Counted from the first letter of the stretch, positions 38,390 to 51,939 are shown. The stretch: DNA of 64,000 bases from Octopus bimaculoides (GCF_001194135.2 NC_068988.1:36782169-36846168); one strand, 5' to 3'. The notes: generated from the sequence alone by a model not told the origin. Translations and numbers: made by a program.

Positions 38390-41154
38390 CCACTGACATT
38401 TTCGCCTTAATTTTTGGTCCTGTCACCGCTTCATATTCTTTTAATGTATTGCCGATCAGGTCTGTATGCCTGTTGCTCGACACTATGACGGTGACATTGT
38501 CAGTGTAAGCAGAAACACTTCTCCCATATCCTAGATTACGCGGGACACCAATCAAAGTCTCCAACTTCCGCAGTAACGGCTCAAGAGTCAGTACATACAG
38601 AGTCAGTACATACAAATGGCGTACACTTGATAGACTGAATGCAAGAAGCTGAATGTTCCGACAGGTGACCATTCACTCGAACAACCGAGGAGATGCCGCT
38701 GTACAAAGCAGCGATCCAACTGCGGAAAACTGGACCTAAACCAGCTACCATGAGGACAACTGCCAAGTATTGATGGTCGTACTTATCAAAGCTTTTAGAT
38801 TGATCTAAATTTATCAGAGCCCCACTCACAGCAGCTTCGTTACTCATCCTCACAATGAAGTTGCGTATAATGTTGAGGTTGTCGTTAATAGTCCTGGTTG
38901 GGATGGCGCATGTTTGCGCCTCGCCAACCAGCTATCTATGACAAGCGCCAACTTCTTGGTTAACACCTTGGCCGAAATCTTAAATCTTAAACTGTTAAGC
39001 CTGAAATTTTCTATAACTCCCTTCTTGTTTGGTCCTTTTTCAGCAGTTCCACTGCCCCTCGTCAGACAAAAGTGGGAATTCTTCCATTTTCCTGCCAAGA
39101 CATCATATAAAGCTCGTAGGGCACACCATCAAACTCGGCGATCTGCCTCCCCTGCAACTCCTCATCTCTTCCTGTATCTCCGCGGCTGTTATCGGCCTTT
39201 CGCAGTCCTCCTACTCGGTTGACACAAAGATGGGAATTTTTTGGTATCCACTGAAAAGGGTGACCGTGCGTCGGATAGTCTGGATTCACTAATGGCTGCT
39301 ACGTCTACACTAAAGGACCTCAGGTCATTTAAAAAGTGATCTTGTTTCCAAGGTGACCCGAGGCCTCTGACATTTATGCAACCTATTCTGAGTATCACCA
39401 CGTCAAAGATAAATATTTAGGACGTAGAAAAGCTGTACATATCACTGTTGTCTGGTAGTGTGGCTCCCTTGGTCTTTGGTGTGAGGGTTTCAAAGAAGTT
39501 TTTAAAAAGGCTTCTCGGGAAGGTTTTTTGGTAAATCCCAAGAGCAATTGGGAAGTTGTTTTTCAATGTGGTGTATGTGTTTTGGGTGGATTTTACAATT
39601 TGTATGTGAGATGGTGGTGCATTGTGAGTTGGGAAGACAAAGTCTGCCAATGTGGTGCTTGTATTGTCACGTAGTTTTATTATTAGGTTGTTTTCGTAGA
39701 GTCTGTGTTGTACTTTGTGTTGATGTGTGAGGTGGTAGTGCTGGTGGAGGTGGTGTCGTTGTTGTTGGTTATTTTCCCAAGTCCTCCTTATTTTTCCTCC
39801 TATTGTCTCTTTATTCTTTTCCTTTCTCTTTTGGGTGGACGGTCTCCCACTCTCCCCTATCAGTACACGAACAGTCCGAGTTTTTTGGGTCGGGAAGGGG
39901 GATTTTTCTGGCTGTTAGTTTTGTTGGTGTTCGTCTGTTGCTACTGCTACTGCTGTAGTAGTTTTTGGTAGTGGTTTACTGCTGCTGGTTGGGGTGGTAC
40001 TCCGGCTGCTAGTGATGGTACACCGGCTAGTGTCTTTGTTGTTGGTGTTGGTGGTGCCATGGCAACGGCTGGAGACGCCATCGTTGTTGCTAGTGGTGAT
40101 GGAGCTGATGCTGGTGATGCGACGACCACTGCTTCCTGCTGCCACTGTATCTGCTGTTGTTGTTGCTGTTACTGTACTGGATGTGGCTCCGACACCGGTG
40201 ATGTTTGTAGCGGCCGACGCACCTCCTTGTTGTTAGGGCAGTCGACCTTGAGGGGTTGATCATTTCCACAGAAGTAGCAGCTCGGCCTCCTGCCCGCCGC
40301 AGCCATGAGTAGTCTGGTGTCGTCAGGCAGGTTTATCGAGGCATGTATTAAATTTAGAGTCCCTTGTTCNNNNNNNNNNNNNNNNNNNNNNNNNNNNNNN
40401 NNNNNNNNNNNNNNNNNNNNNNNNNNNNNNNNNNNNNNNNNNNNNNNNNNNNNNNNNNNNNNNNNNNNNNNNNNNNNNNNNNNNNNNNNNNNNNNNNNNN
40501 NNNNNNNNNNNNNNNNNNNNNNNNNNNNNNNNNNNNNNNNNNNNNNNNNNNNNNNNNNNNNNNNNNNNNNNNNNNNNNNNNNNNNNNNNNNNNNNNNNNN
40601 NNNNNNNNNNNNNNNNNNNNNNNNNNNNNNNNNNNNNNNNNNNNNNNNNNNNNNNNNNNNNNNNNNNNNNNNNNNNNNNNNNNNNNNNNNNNNNNNNNNN
40701 NNNNNNNNNNNNNNNNNNNNNNNNNNNNNNNNNNNNNNNNNNNNNNNNNNNNNNNNNNNNNNNNNNNNNNNNNNNNNNNNNNNNNNNNNNNNNNNNNNNN
40801 NNNNNNNNNNNNNNNNNNNNNNNNNNNNNNNNNNNNNNNNNNNNNNNNNNNNNNNNNNNNNNNNNNNNNNNNNNNNNNNNNNNNNNNNNNNNNNNNNNNN
40901 NNNNNNNNNNNNNNNNNNNNNNNNNNNNNNNNNNNNNNNNNNNNNNNNNNNNNNNNNNNNNNTACTGGTGCTGTTGCTGGTAGTGCTGGTGCTGGTGGTG
41001 CTGGTGCTGGTGGTGTCAGTGTCATTCTTTCCTTCTTTCCTCTCTTCCTTCTTTTTCTGTGTTGGAAAAATAGTTGACTTGAGGGCGGTGAAGTCCTAGT
41101 AGAACTCGCTGTTCAACCTCTCACTCTCACACCCTCGCTCAGTCGCCACCACTG
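38390..41154 (-). mobile_element. L1/Tx1-like LINE copy 1 (ORF1 zinc knuckle, APE start, RT), deleted and 3'-truncated; spans gap 40370-40962
   Basis: RPSCYFCGNDQPLKVDC; LRIGCINVRGLGSP...VDVAAISE; GALINLDQSKSFDKYDHQYL; LYVLTLEPLLRKLE...SVSAYTDNVTVIVS. Confidence 0.9.
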
Positions 41155-41173
41155 TTTATATTTTAGAGGCCTG

Positions 41174-42661
41174 TTTTTTTTTTTTTTCAACAAAAATAAG
41201 CTCCCTATGCGGGCAGATAGCTTGGAACAACAATTAAACACTGAAAAGAAAATTTTAACACATTGTGACAACAAAATTTTAAACAATTTCTGGTGCTCCA
41301 GAACGTGTGACTTGCCGCCAAAATCAACAAATAATAATTCGTTTATTGGCCACAAAGGCTCACATGAAATTACATTAAAAGACATACAGCAACATAAAAG
41401 TAAAAACAGGACGGTACAATAAGTTTTACAACGTGTAAACAATATAAATAACAATTAAAATTAAAAAATTTAAAACACCCAGTATGAAAAATTTAAAACA
41501 CCCAGTATGAAAAACCAACAAAAGCCACGGGTGCCTGAACAACAGGGCAAGGGCCTTTCTCATTTCATTCCCTTTTTACAGATGCACGCTCAGAATTTAT
41601 CCTTTCACACTGCCTCTTCTTGCAACGCTCACCGACTTTTCAACAAACTTGCTACAAGGCAACACTTCCCTCACCACTCTCAACTTCCTTTTCCGTGGGT
41701 CGGATAGTCTGGATTCACTGATGGCTGCAACATCTACACTAGTAGTCATTTAAATGGTAACCTTTTTTTCAAGGCGACCCGAGGCCTCTGACATTTTCAC
41801 AACCTATTCTGAGGATGACCATTGTAAAAATAAATTTAGAGAAGAGCTCTACTTACCATCGTTGTATGGCAGTATTGTCTCCTTGTTTTTTGTTGTGAGC
41901 GTTTCCACGAGATTTTTATACAATCTTTAGGAGAAAGTCTTTTAGAAAGACCCAACATCATTTGGAAAGTTTATTTTCAAAGTGCTGTATGTTTCCTGTT
42001 GCATTTTTAAAATCTGTATGTGTGGTGGTGGTGCATTGTGTGTTGGAAAGACAAAGTCTTCCATGGTGGTGTCTGTGTGATGTCCAAGGTGTTTCACGAG
42101 GTCTGTGTTGTCGGTTTCGATGGCTGTGAGGTTGGTGGTGTTTGCGTTGTCTGTTTGTGTCAGTGTCTGAGGTGGTAGTGCTATTGTTGCTGTTGTTGTT
42201 GTGTGGGTTGCTGCTGTTGGGAATTTCCTCCCCTTTGCACCATCCTCTCTTTTCTTCCAGTGTCTCTTTTTTTTTTTTTTTTTTGGCGGGGGACTGTTTG
42301 CCACTTTCCCTTCTCGACAGTCCGAGTTATTTTGATCGGAAAGGGGGATATTTTTAGGCTGTTCTTTTTTGTGGGGTGTTCATATGTTGTTGTTGGTGGT
42401 GGTGGAGGTACTCCGGATGCTGTTGGTGGTACTCCGGCTGGTGTTNNNNNNNNNNGTGGTCGTGTTGGTGATGGTCGTGGTCGTTGTAGTGGTCGTACTC
42501 CGACTGACATTGTTATTGGTGGTGGGGCTCCGACCGGCTGTGCCACTTCGGCTGGCGGCGGCATTCCGGCTGATAGTGGTACTCCCTCCGGTATTGGTGT
42601 TGGGGGTACCCTGGTGACTGTTGGAAGTGGCGTCGCTGTTGCTGGTGGTGATAGGTTTGCT

Positions 42662-42703
<42 letters not shown>

Positions 42704-43298
42704 TGCACTGGAGGTGCCCCCGCTTCTACCGTCGCTTGCAGCTTCCGTCTCGTTTCTTTGTATTTGGGGCAGTCGACCTTGAGGTGCTGGTCACTGTCAC
42801 AAAAGTTGCACCTCGGTCGCCTGCGCTCCACAGCCACGCGTAGTCTCGTGCCATCTGGTAGAATTATGGCATCAGGGATAGAATGTATGGCTTCTTGTTC
42901 AATTTGAACAAGAAGCTCTAATTCCTGACCCCTTCAGTTTTGTTGATGCAATTTATGCACCTCGAGTACTCTGGCGCTATCCTTTATATCATAGAAGACA
43001 GCCGCCACCAGCCAGCATACGTTTATTTCGTTTGTTTTGCCGCCGGCGCGAAACCGTTACCGATTTGTTTGTTATTCTTTTTCTTGTTCGATTCTTTCTT
43101 TTCGTTTGTGTTTACTCTGTTCATGTCGGTGGTGACATTGGCGGTGTCTTTTTTCTTCTTTGCTTACTTTTTCATTTTCCACGTTAGTGCTGGCGCTGTT
43201 AGTGATGTTCGAACTTCTGCTGTTCAGAGGCAGGAACTCTTCGCAGTATAATTTGTCAGAACAGCCACTATCACACCCCTCGACAGAAGAAACCATCT
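41174..43298 (-). mobile_element. L1/Tx1-like LINE copy 2: ORF1, APE start fused to ORF2 C-terminus, 3'UTR and poly(A)
   Basis: CNFCDSDQHLKVDC (CX2CX4HX4C); 41700-41822 homologous to 39272-39400; KRKLRVVREVL..KFVEKSVSVAR C-terminal motif; poly(T) at 41174-41187; poly-Q/P low-complexity ORF1. Confidence 0.85.
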
Positions 43299-44090
43299 TG
43301 TGTTTTTGTTCGTCAAACGAAAAACAAAAAATATTGTAAATGGACATAAAGTCCAAAATTCGCCCCTAAAAGGGGAAAATTCTTAACAAAAGAACACCTT
43401 TTGCACACTAAAATGGGTTCGGAAAACATAAACAAACAAACAGAAAATAAATTTGAAAAAATAAGGAACTCTAACCTTACGTAGTTCTGAAAAACACGTC
43501 TTAACTCGTCATGTTTATCAAAATCCACTAATGTAGTTTTGAAGACAGTATACTTAAATGCAAAGAGTAATATCATGGAAATAAAGGGAGATTTAGAAAT
43601 AGATAGCCAAGACAGACATACACTAATAAAATAAAATGTGAGGAAGAAATATTATAGACGCATTCGATTAATTCTTAAAACAGTAAAACGCATAAAGTTC
43701 CATAATTGCCATCTAGTCTCAAAATGTTGCAGCTCTATTTTATAGTTTTAATATTCTCAACTGGACGTTAAATGAATTAGTGACAAGTCAACCAACATTA
43801 CAATACACCACCCGAAATCTGTAAAAGAATTATTATATTTACTATGAATGCTGGGAATTAGGTTGTCATATACAAGTATATATTTTTACAAAATCTTTTC
43901 TATAACTAAATAAGTAACGTGTAGAAAACAATGGAAAACTAAAACAAACAAAAACACGAGCAAGTAAAAGATATGCTTGATATTTTTGTTCTTTTGTAGG
44001 AATGTAGGAAACTAGCAGTTACAAAACGTAGGCTGAAGTAACAGACAACACAGACAATTGTGTTTTTTGTTGTTTAGTTTTTTTTTTGTA

Positions 44091-44283
44091 CTCTAGGCGC
44101 AAGGCACGAAATTTGGGGTAGGGAGTCAGTCGATTAGATCGACTCCAGTACGCAACTGATATTTAATTTATCGACCTCGGCACAGACGACCTCGGCAGTA
44201 TTTGAACTCAGAACGTAAAGACAGATCAAATATTGCTAAGCATTTCGCCCGGCATGCTAACGTTTCTGCCAGCTCGCCACCTT
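44091..44283 (-). mobile_element. SINE family A copy
   Basis: Reverse complement begins AAGGTGGCGAGCTGGCAGAAACGTTAGCATGCCGGGCGAAATGCTTAG...GAGTTCAAAT. Confidence 0.75.
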
Positions 44284-45412
44284 ATATAACGGAATATAAG
44301 TCCAAAATGCACGGAGATTTTAAGAAACAGTCAATATTAAGTCTAGATATTCAGAGAGATGGTACAGAGTGGAGCACTGTCGTAGTCGTTGAAACCAACC
44401 ATCTATCATTTCTGAATCTGTGATACTCTTCTATTTTGTCCGCAAATAGCCATGACTTTCTGAGGACATACCATTTTTAATACTTAACCAGTTGAAAATA
44501 AATGCAGCATTATGAAATACCAAGAGTAAAAGAGATGTTGTGAGTATACACGAGAAAGGGTGCCTGACACACGAAGTAATAATACATTATGATATTATAA
44601 TTCTCAATGGCACGTTGATTAAGGTTCGAATATTGTCAACAACCACGCAGAAAAGAAATATTTCATAAGAGAACTATTCTGCCCAACTGATGACAATTTA
44701 TAACTAAGTGGGAATGTATCGGAATATATAAATTCTTTTGATGTTTGCTTAGAGAAGAAGCCATGTAAGAGATTTCTAGCACATCTACAGTATTGGCTTT
44801 CTTCTCTTTAATGACACATGCAGTGAAAGGATAGTTGCTTGCTTCCTCGAGCGGGTGATTGATTTAACCTTCCTTTCAATAATTTCACCGAATGTTGAAT
44901 CCCTTTTCTGTCAGTTCTCGCACAGTTTTTTCTAAGTACATGATTATCTAATTAGGAAGACGTACATACAAATAGACAGGATCACTCATTAAAATAATAG
45001 ATCCCTGGCAATGATTATATCTACAATCATATGTACGTAAACGAAGCACTTTTCACATATGCTCAGATAACATAAATATGCTTTTCTAAGTTCAAGATTC
45101 ATAATAAAACTAACAGGAAACAAAACGGTAGAGAATCTTCAACATTGAAATGTAAAGGAAGAGATGCTTTTGTGAGTGTATCTGATAGATTTGCAATAGT
45201 TTTGGAGGCAGAATGCTTCAGAAAGAGCAATGTGCAAAATCATACTTTCTGGTTCTCATAATTGTTCAAGAATTTTGGTGATGGTTTAAACTCATTCAGT
45301 TTGAATGTAGATACGAGTATAAGTAAATTTCTTCTGGTGGTATAGGCCATAATGTTTTAGTGGCAGTAGGCTTAAAATTCAGCCATGTCGTAATCACCTA
45401 AGAAATTAGATC

Positions 45413-45443
<31 letters not shown>

Positions 45444-45484
45444 CACACACACACCCATATGATTCGGACATGATTCACCATAGA

Positions 45485-45715
45485 ATTGCACTTGGAAAGT
45501 TACCCTCCGAGGTTGTTTATTGAAGAGTAGCAGTCGCCCATGCTTACCAGCCTCCCCTCACCACGCCATCAATGCTACCTAAGGGAATGGCAATGGCCGA
45601 TACAGCTTGGTACCAGTGACGCCGCAACTTATTTCTACAGATGAGTGAACTGCACCCACGTGAAATAAAGTGTCTTTCTCAAGAACACAACACACATTGT
45701 GAGCCCGACGCCCAT
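45485..45715 (-). mobile_element. SINE family B body
   Basis: Minus GTGTTCTTGAGAAAGACACTTTATTTCACG segment shared with 34564 copy. Confidence 0.6.
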
Positions 45716-46637
45716 GTATGTGTGTGTGTGTGTGTTTGTGTCTGTGTGCGTGCTTGTGTAAACAAAATTGAACGGACTGATCAAACACGCTTTATTTCAT
45801 AACTCAACAATTGTTTCATTTCTACTTCACAAATTATTGCAGAAATATCATAATACGTCATATCTGTATTATTTCGGCAGTATTGGTAAGTCGAAATGTT
45901 GCACGTAATAAGCACTGCTGTTTCACGAACTTGCATTTAGAGAAACAATAGGATACGTGCCTTTATCTTTGCAGAAGATGAGGAGTGGGATCTAGTTAGG
46001 AGAAGCGCAGGAGAAAAATAGAAGTAACTGAGTGGCTACTTGAGTTCTGTCTTTTAGATATGTTGGGGTAATGTAAGCATAAATATGCCTTATGAAGGTG
46101 AAGGAATGACGTGCTAAAATGCAGGTAAGATTGCTTGGAATGGAGCGAAAACCGTTAACGCATCATTCGTGCAGAATGTGGTATGATGTGTTCCACAAAA
46201 ATACAAAAGTAAATGAAATAGAATACACTATACATCAATTACAACCTTACAATAAAATGAGAGAAATAGTTAACGCTCACTTCATTTCCGTTCTAAATTA
46301 CATGTCCTCCCAAATAGAGGTGATCGATAGAATAGGTGCCACATATAATCTGGGTCATTTCAGTAGACTATACCTTTCACCTACAAATATATTGATCTTG
46401 CACTGATGAAAGAAATTATTAAGAGTCAGCTTTGCTTTGAAAGAGACTCATGCTTCTGCATTTAACCTCGAGCATAAAGAAGGACAGACGTCAAGTTGAT
46501 TTCAATGATGCATTCAGTGCCTTCTGGGAATATAATTGGGCATGCGGAATTAGTGCTACGATACAATAACAATATTCCTGTAAACGTACATACGTACATA
46601 CATAGATAGATGCATAGAAAATTAGCTACGCGCTAAA

Positions 46638-46681
<44 letters not shown>

Positions 46682-47324
46682 GTACAATAGATTTATGTAG
46701 TGGCAAACCTATTTATTCTGTGGTAGCTATAGGAATTTCATGTTTCCACTCCCCAACATTAAGGCATATGCTGTATATATATATATATATACATGCATAC
46801 ACCCAATCAGATAGATAGATATACACACTTGTATGTATGTATGTGTGTATGTATATATGTATGCGTGAGTGTGTGTTTGTGTGTGTGTGTGAGTGTGATG
46901 GAGAGTGTGTGAAGCAATTTATATTCGTTCATTCATCATCAACGCCTTATATTTTTCTAAAATATTTAATTTTTACTTTCCGTTAGAAACAGCTGGATGC
47001 CATCTGTTTCTTTGAACACCAAGTAAGAAATTGATTATGGCTTAAAGGCTACATGACAGCACACCTGTCTCAGCTATTATGCACACGAATACTTTCGGAG
47101 CGTATAATACGTTTCATATGATTGATTAGGCAATGTTATGTATTTCATTTTATTCATAATAGATTAATATAGTAATCTGATTAATCGAGCAATCGTGGAA
47201 TTCAAGGTGTAGCTAATGGCATCAGCGGAATAGATATAATTATGCTCTATAACATGTATTGGGTACTTTTGCTCTAGAAATACACACCGACACAAGCAGA
47301 GACAAGGACACAAATACCAATAAG

Positions 47325-47376
<52 letters not shown>

Positions 47377-47377
47377 A

Positions 47378-47410
<33 letters not shown>

Positions 47411-48885
47411 GATTCAAATTTGAATGTGAAAAAAGTAACACGGATTTTAAAGGTTATTGCAGTACGCACGTTTCATGCTACTCCATTTATTTAAGTAATG
47501 CGAGCATTACATTAAATGCAAAATGCAGAGTAATCTTCAGCTGCACAAGGATATAGAAAATTTACTGAAAATTTATTTCAGCAGAATGGACATATTACTG
47601 TTGTGACAACATTTAAACAATCGAAGTTTGAAAGAAGAATACATAAAACAAAAACTTCTTGACATAGCCAAAGCTAGCAGGCTAGTAATTAATTCTAGGT
47701 AGAATTCTGTCTCTGATTTTATTTATTTCTTATCTAGTGATTTAAAGTTTAAAGGGTCAATCAACCTTTCACTTATAAGGAAAGAGAAGGTGTAAGCATG
47801 ATACATGGATATGGTTATAAAGATTTCTCTGGTCAACACAATTTTAGGTTGGGTTGTTTTTTTACTACTATCATAATGTAGCGGAATTTAACGTTAAGCA
47901 TCTAGGTTAACAGGGCTTTTTCTTTAGTCTGAATAATGTATCAGTATAGTTTTACATATACTAAGTATGGAAAACTTATAGATATCAATATTAGCTTTAT
48001 TATTATGTTAATAATAAATATGTAATTAGTTCATACAAAAACCCTGAAGTATTGTCAATTTTGAATTTAAAAGCTATAGATAAGGTGTGAAGTTTAGGAA
48101 TTTTATATTATATTGAACTAAAGAGACTATTATGAATAATTTTTAAAAATAATTTTAAAATTTAAAATTTAAGCTAATATATCTAATATTATTTGACACA
48201 TAAGTGATAAAATTTATTTTTATAATGTAAAGAATTAATATAGGATTTACATAGTTTATAATAATGGGTTTATCAAGGTTTAAGGAACTAATAAAAGGAA
48301 TAGTGGGAATTAACAAAGAATTCAATAATAATCTAAGACATCTAATAGAGAACATGATAATTATGTACTAGTTTAATTATACTATCTTATATAGTCAAGA
48401 ACTTGTTTTAAAACTAACATGGGCTAATTACTGAATACTAATGGAACAGGGATTAGATTTATTTAAGTCAAACTATAGAATAACTATAACACTACTACTA
48501 AGAGCCCTGAAACAATGGAATAATAAGGATCCTTTTAGAGTCAGGCATTAAATAAAATATATATAAAAAATATAAAATTTTTGAAGGTTTGAGAACTAAT
48601 TAAAAACACTAAGAACTTATAAAACCTCCTATTCTTATAAGTTACATAGGATAAAATAAGTAAGATACATACTAAGAACTAACAGTAGTAGTAGAAGTAG
48701 TGTGAAAAAATATACCATCCATGGTTAAAGTTGAAATCTTAGTTATCACATGAAGATTGTATGTTAAGGTGAGAGATAAGAAATATATGTTATAAAGGTT
48801 CAATTTCAAATTTAAATATGTGCTAATTAATAGCCCACGATGAACATGGTAGATGTTGAAATACCACATATTTATAATTTTAACT

Positions 48886-49172
48886 ACTTTAAAAAAAAAT
48901 TAAAAGTGCGAGTATAGCAGTGTACACACAATACTCTAAGGTCTAATCTATTATTAATTAAGTTAGGATTACTTCTAAGTTTAAAAATTCCATATGTTTC
49001 CATAGAACATAATTCACATCCATATCTATTATTTCTATAAGGTTGGGCTTTTCTTATAATTTCCCATTTAAGGCTAAAACTAATACCACTATCCTTTAAC
49101 TCCCAAATTTTATTTGCTAATGACGTACTATTTGCCTTATGTTTTAGTCTAAAAGAAGACCTGTGGTTATAT
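48886..49172 (-). mobile_element. Penelope-like GIY-YIG endonuclease C-terminal remnant
   Basis: NHRSSFRL..KANSTSLANKIWELKDSG..FSLKWEIIRKAQPYRNNRYGCELCSMETYGIFK..NPNLINNRLDLRVLCVH matches the PLE NH.SSF..ST.LS..IW.LK..KW.I...A.PY..C.LC..E..LN.R..C.H pattern. Confidence 0.75.
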
Positions 49173-49174
49173 GT

Positions 49175-49969
49175 TCTGTTTCAGAGAACCCTGCTTCCAC
49201 AACACTGTTCGCCGGGATTTGCACAAAGGTGGATTTCACGGGAGGGCTGCATTCAGAAAACCCCTACTTTCAAAAATAAACGTTGCAAAGCGTTTAGATA
49301 GGAGTAAAAAAACCTACAGAATTGGTCCCGAGAGCAGTGGAAGATTGCTATTTTTTCGGACAAGTTATGCTATTCGTTATTTCCGACCAACGGCCGAGTA
49401 TACGTATGTAGACAGCCAAAAGAAGCATTTGACCCGGAACTGCCTTCTTACAACTGTTAAACATGGAGGAGGATCTGTGATGATTTAGGGGGTGGGTATA
49501 TCTTGGAAATACGCCGGCCCATTGGTTTCCCTTCATGGCAGAATTAATAGTCAAGATTATTTAAGCATTTTATCTGACCAAATTCATCGTATGGATTCGG
49601 AACTGTTTCCAGAGGGAAACGCAATCTTTCAGGATGATAATGCACCAATTCAAACAGCTAAAGTTGTTACTGAAGTTGAACATCTCATCTCGCAACCACA
49701 GTTCCCAGATCTCAATATTATTGAACATTTATGGCGCATTTTAGAAAACCGTGTAAGGAGTCGATATCATCCACCGTCATCACTACAAGAACTGGAGGGT
49801 GTTTAAGCTGAAGAATGGACAAAAATTCATTTGGAAACAATTCAAACTTTGTACGACTCCATACCTCGTAGAATTCAAGATGTAATTCCTGCCAAAGGCG
49901 GACCTACTCCATATTAAAATACATTTGTTTGAAATTTTAAGGTGTTTCCATTATTTTGTCCAGCCCCTG
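49175..49969 (+). mobile_element. 5'-truncated Tc1 (DD34E-type) transposon with right TIR
   Basis: TVRRDLHKGGFHGRAAFRKPLL, TVKHGGGSVMI*G, IFQDDNAPIQTAK, PDLNIIEHLW, SIPRRIQDVIPAKGGPTPY*; TIR ...TCCATTATTTTGTCCAGCCCCTG|TA at 49940-49971. Confidence 0.93.
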
Positions 49970-50114
49970 TAGATATATATATATATATATANNNNNNNNN
50001 NNNNNNNNNNNNNNNNNNNNNNNNNNNNNNNNNNNNNNNNNNNNNNNNNNNNNNNNNNNNNNNNNNNNNNNNNNNNNNNATATATATATCTTTATTTAAA
50101 AACAGCAGAAATAT

Positions 50115-50168
50115 AACAAAAGACTGTTACTCTGAGTTTCACGTTCCCGTTCATCGGACAGTTTTGTT
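50115..50168 (-). ncRNA. Minimal type I hammerhead motif with U4C core variant
   Basis: Minus: AACAAAACUGU-CCGAUGA-ACG(GGAA)CGU-GAAAC-UCAGA-GUA^ACAGU-CU-UUUGUU; 11-bp stem I with 2-nt bulge, GNRA-capped stem II. Confidence 0.65.
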
Positions 50169-50172
50169 AGAA

Positions 50173-50203
<31 letters not shown>

Positions 50204-51060
50204 TAGAACAATAGATAGATCCATATATTATACATGTGCGTGTATGTGTGTATAGAGTGGGGGAGCAGTGAGTCTGGTACAGTGACGCAATTTTTCAAAG
50301 AAATTTGCTGCCCTATAATGTATAATGTCTATTCCCAGTCGTAAACGTTTCAGTGATCAAAGGTTCTACACTCGTCAACTGCGCTAATGAGCGTATTAAA
50401 AGATCTGGATTTAATTGTTTAAATGTATATTTATTCAACTATATTCTATGACAACAATTTATTTCATTGAACGATTACAATCTAAAATATTTGTCTTGGT
50501 GTAATGGGTCAACAATTATTCTCTTTATTAGGAATTATTGTTTATGCATTTATTTATGTATATAGTTTAAAACGTTAATATTAGATGCCGGGATTTAACT
50601 ATTTATATGCTGTTTTCAACTATTTATGTACTTTATATTTTGTTTTCAGTTATGGAATAATTTTAAATATTTCATCATATATTTGCAGCAAAACGTTATC
50701 TCGAGATCAAATGCTTTATTATTTTTTTAACTTTTCGTTATACCTTGGCCCTGGTACATTAAATATATCTATAGTTTTCAGCAAGTACTAGCTCATTTCA
50801 ATATCTACAAGAGTTTACAAATCTGTATGGTTCTTTCATTTATTTGACGAAGGCAGTTTTGGTTTCAATTACTCAACTTATTTCAAAGCGTATTGCTAAA
50901 GATACTAGCAGACGTAACATAGAACGGAAAAATCACTTTGTCATCCAAACCGTAGCTCACACTAACTACTGTTTCCGGAGAGATATGCAAACCAGTTTTC
51001 AAAGAATAATTTTCCTTTTGGAAATGGAACGTAGCAACAATTATTTACGTGTATGTTAAC

Positions 51061-51117
<57 letters not shown>

Positions 51118-51489
51118 TTTGTGTGTGTGTGTGTGCGTGTATTTGTGTGTGTGCGTGTGTGTGTGTGTGTGTTTGTGTGAAAAGAATCAATCACGAGAGA
51201 CTAGCATTTACAAAGATGTTGTTAGATTCACGCTTAAAAGGGAAAAGAATCCGGAAATTTGCTTGACGTTTCGGATATTAAATCATTCATCAAAGAAGAA
51301 GTGTTGAGAGAAGGTTGTAGTAAAAGAGCGAAAAGAAAAAATAGAAGCCAGAAGCGATTGTAATATATATAGAGATGAGTTTGGAAAAGAAGAAGAGGCG
51401 AGAAGTTGTTTCATTGTAAATAACAGTGTCTTTGTAAAGAAATTTTCGTGATGCTCTGAGCTGTGTAGGTTGGAGATAGCTAGTTGGTG

Positions 51490-51700
51490 TTAAATGGAGA
51501 GTTTAAATGGAGAGGTAAACCCGATTATGAGGTGAGAAGGTATAAAGATGGGAAAATAATGGAGAAAGCTTTGTTGTTAAAGAAAAATTGAAGCTGGTAG
51601 GTGTAGAGTTACTATGTCGAAACACGTGGAAAAATACATAGTTTAAATAAGATTTAAACGTGAAAATATAGGAAAAATTCCGAAAGGAAGAGAAGAGAAT
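51490..51700 (-). mobile_element. Possible decayed PLE ORF C-terminus
   Basis: RHSNSTP...HLYTFSPHNRVYLSI* loosely resembles PLE RHFNS..H / LGTLSPHGIN.RFSFI ends; an HHR-like motif follows ~200 nt downstream on the same strand. Confidence 0.35.
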
Positions 51701-51939
51701 TATGAAGAAATATATATGCAAAAAGCACATCGTTATTAGAAAAGTTTATGAAAATTGTAATCAAAAGAGAACTTATAGAAAAAAAAATTACTTTAAAGCA
51801 ACGAACAGCTATAATCGCATATTCGCATACAGAATGATCCACAGTGATTCTCAGACTTTTTCTTGTAAAACTTCAACATTTAGGACCACGAATTCTAGTA
51901 CAAAACATACTGATATTACTTTCAAATTTTGGCACAACG

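Noticed and set aside
47900-49130. Possible mitochondrial insertion (NUMT) suggested by extreme AT content and tRNA-like bits
   Set aside because: No mitochondrial protein or clean tRNA could be read; 48886-49172 translates as a PLE GIY-YIG C-terminus. 47900-48880 remains unassigned.
50338-50385. Minus-strand UUGACGA...GAAACGUU hammerhead-like string
   Set aside because: C3 altered and stem I does not pair.
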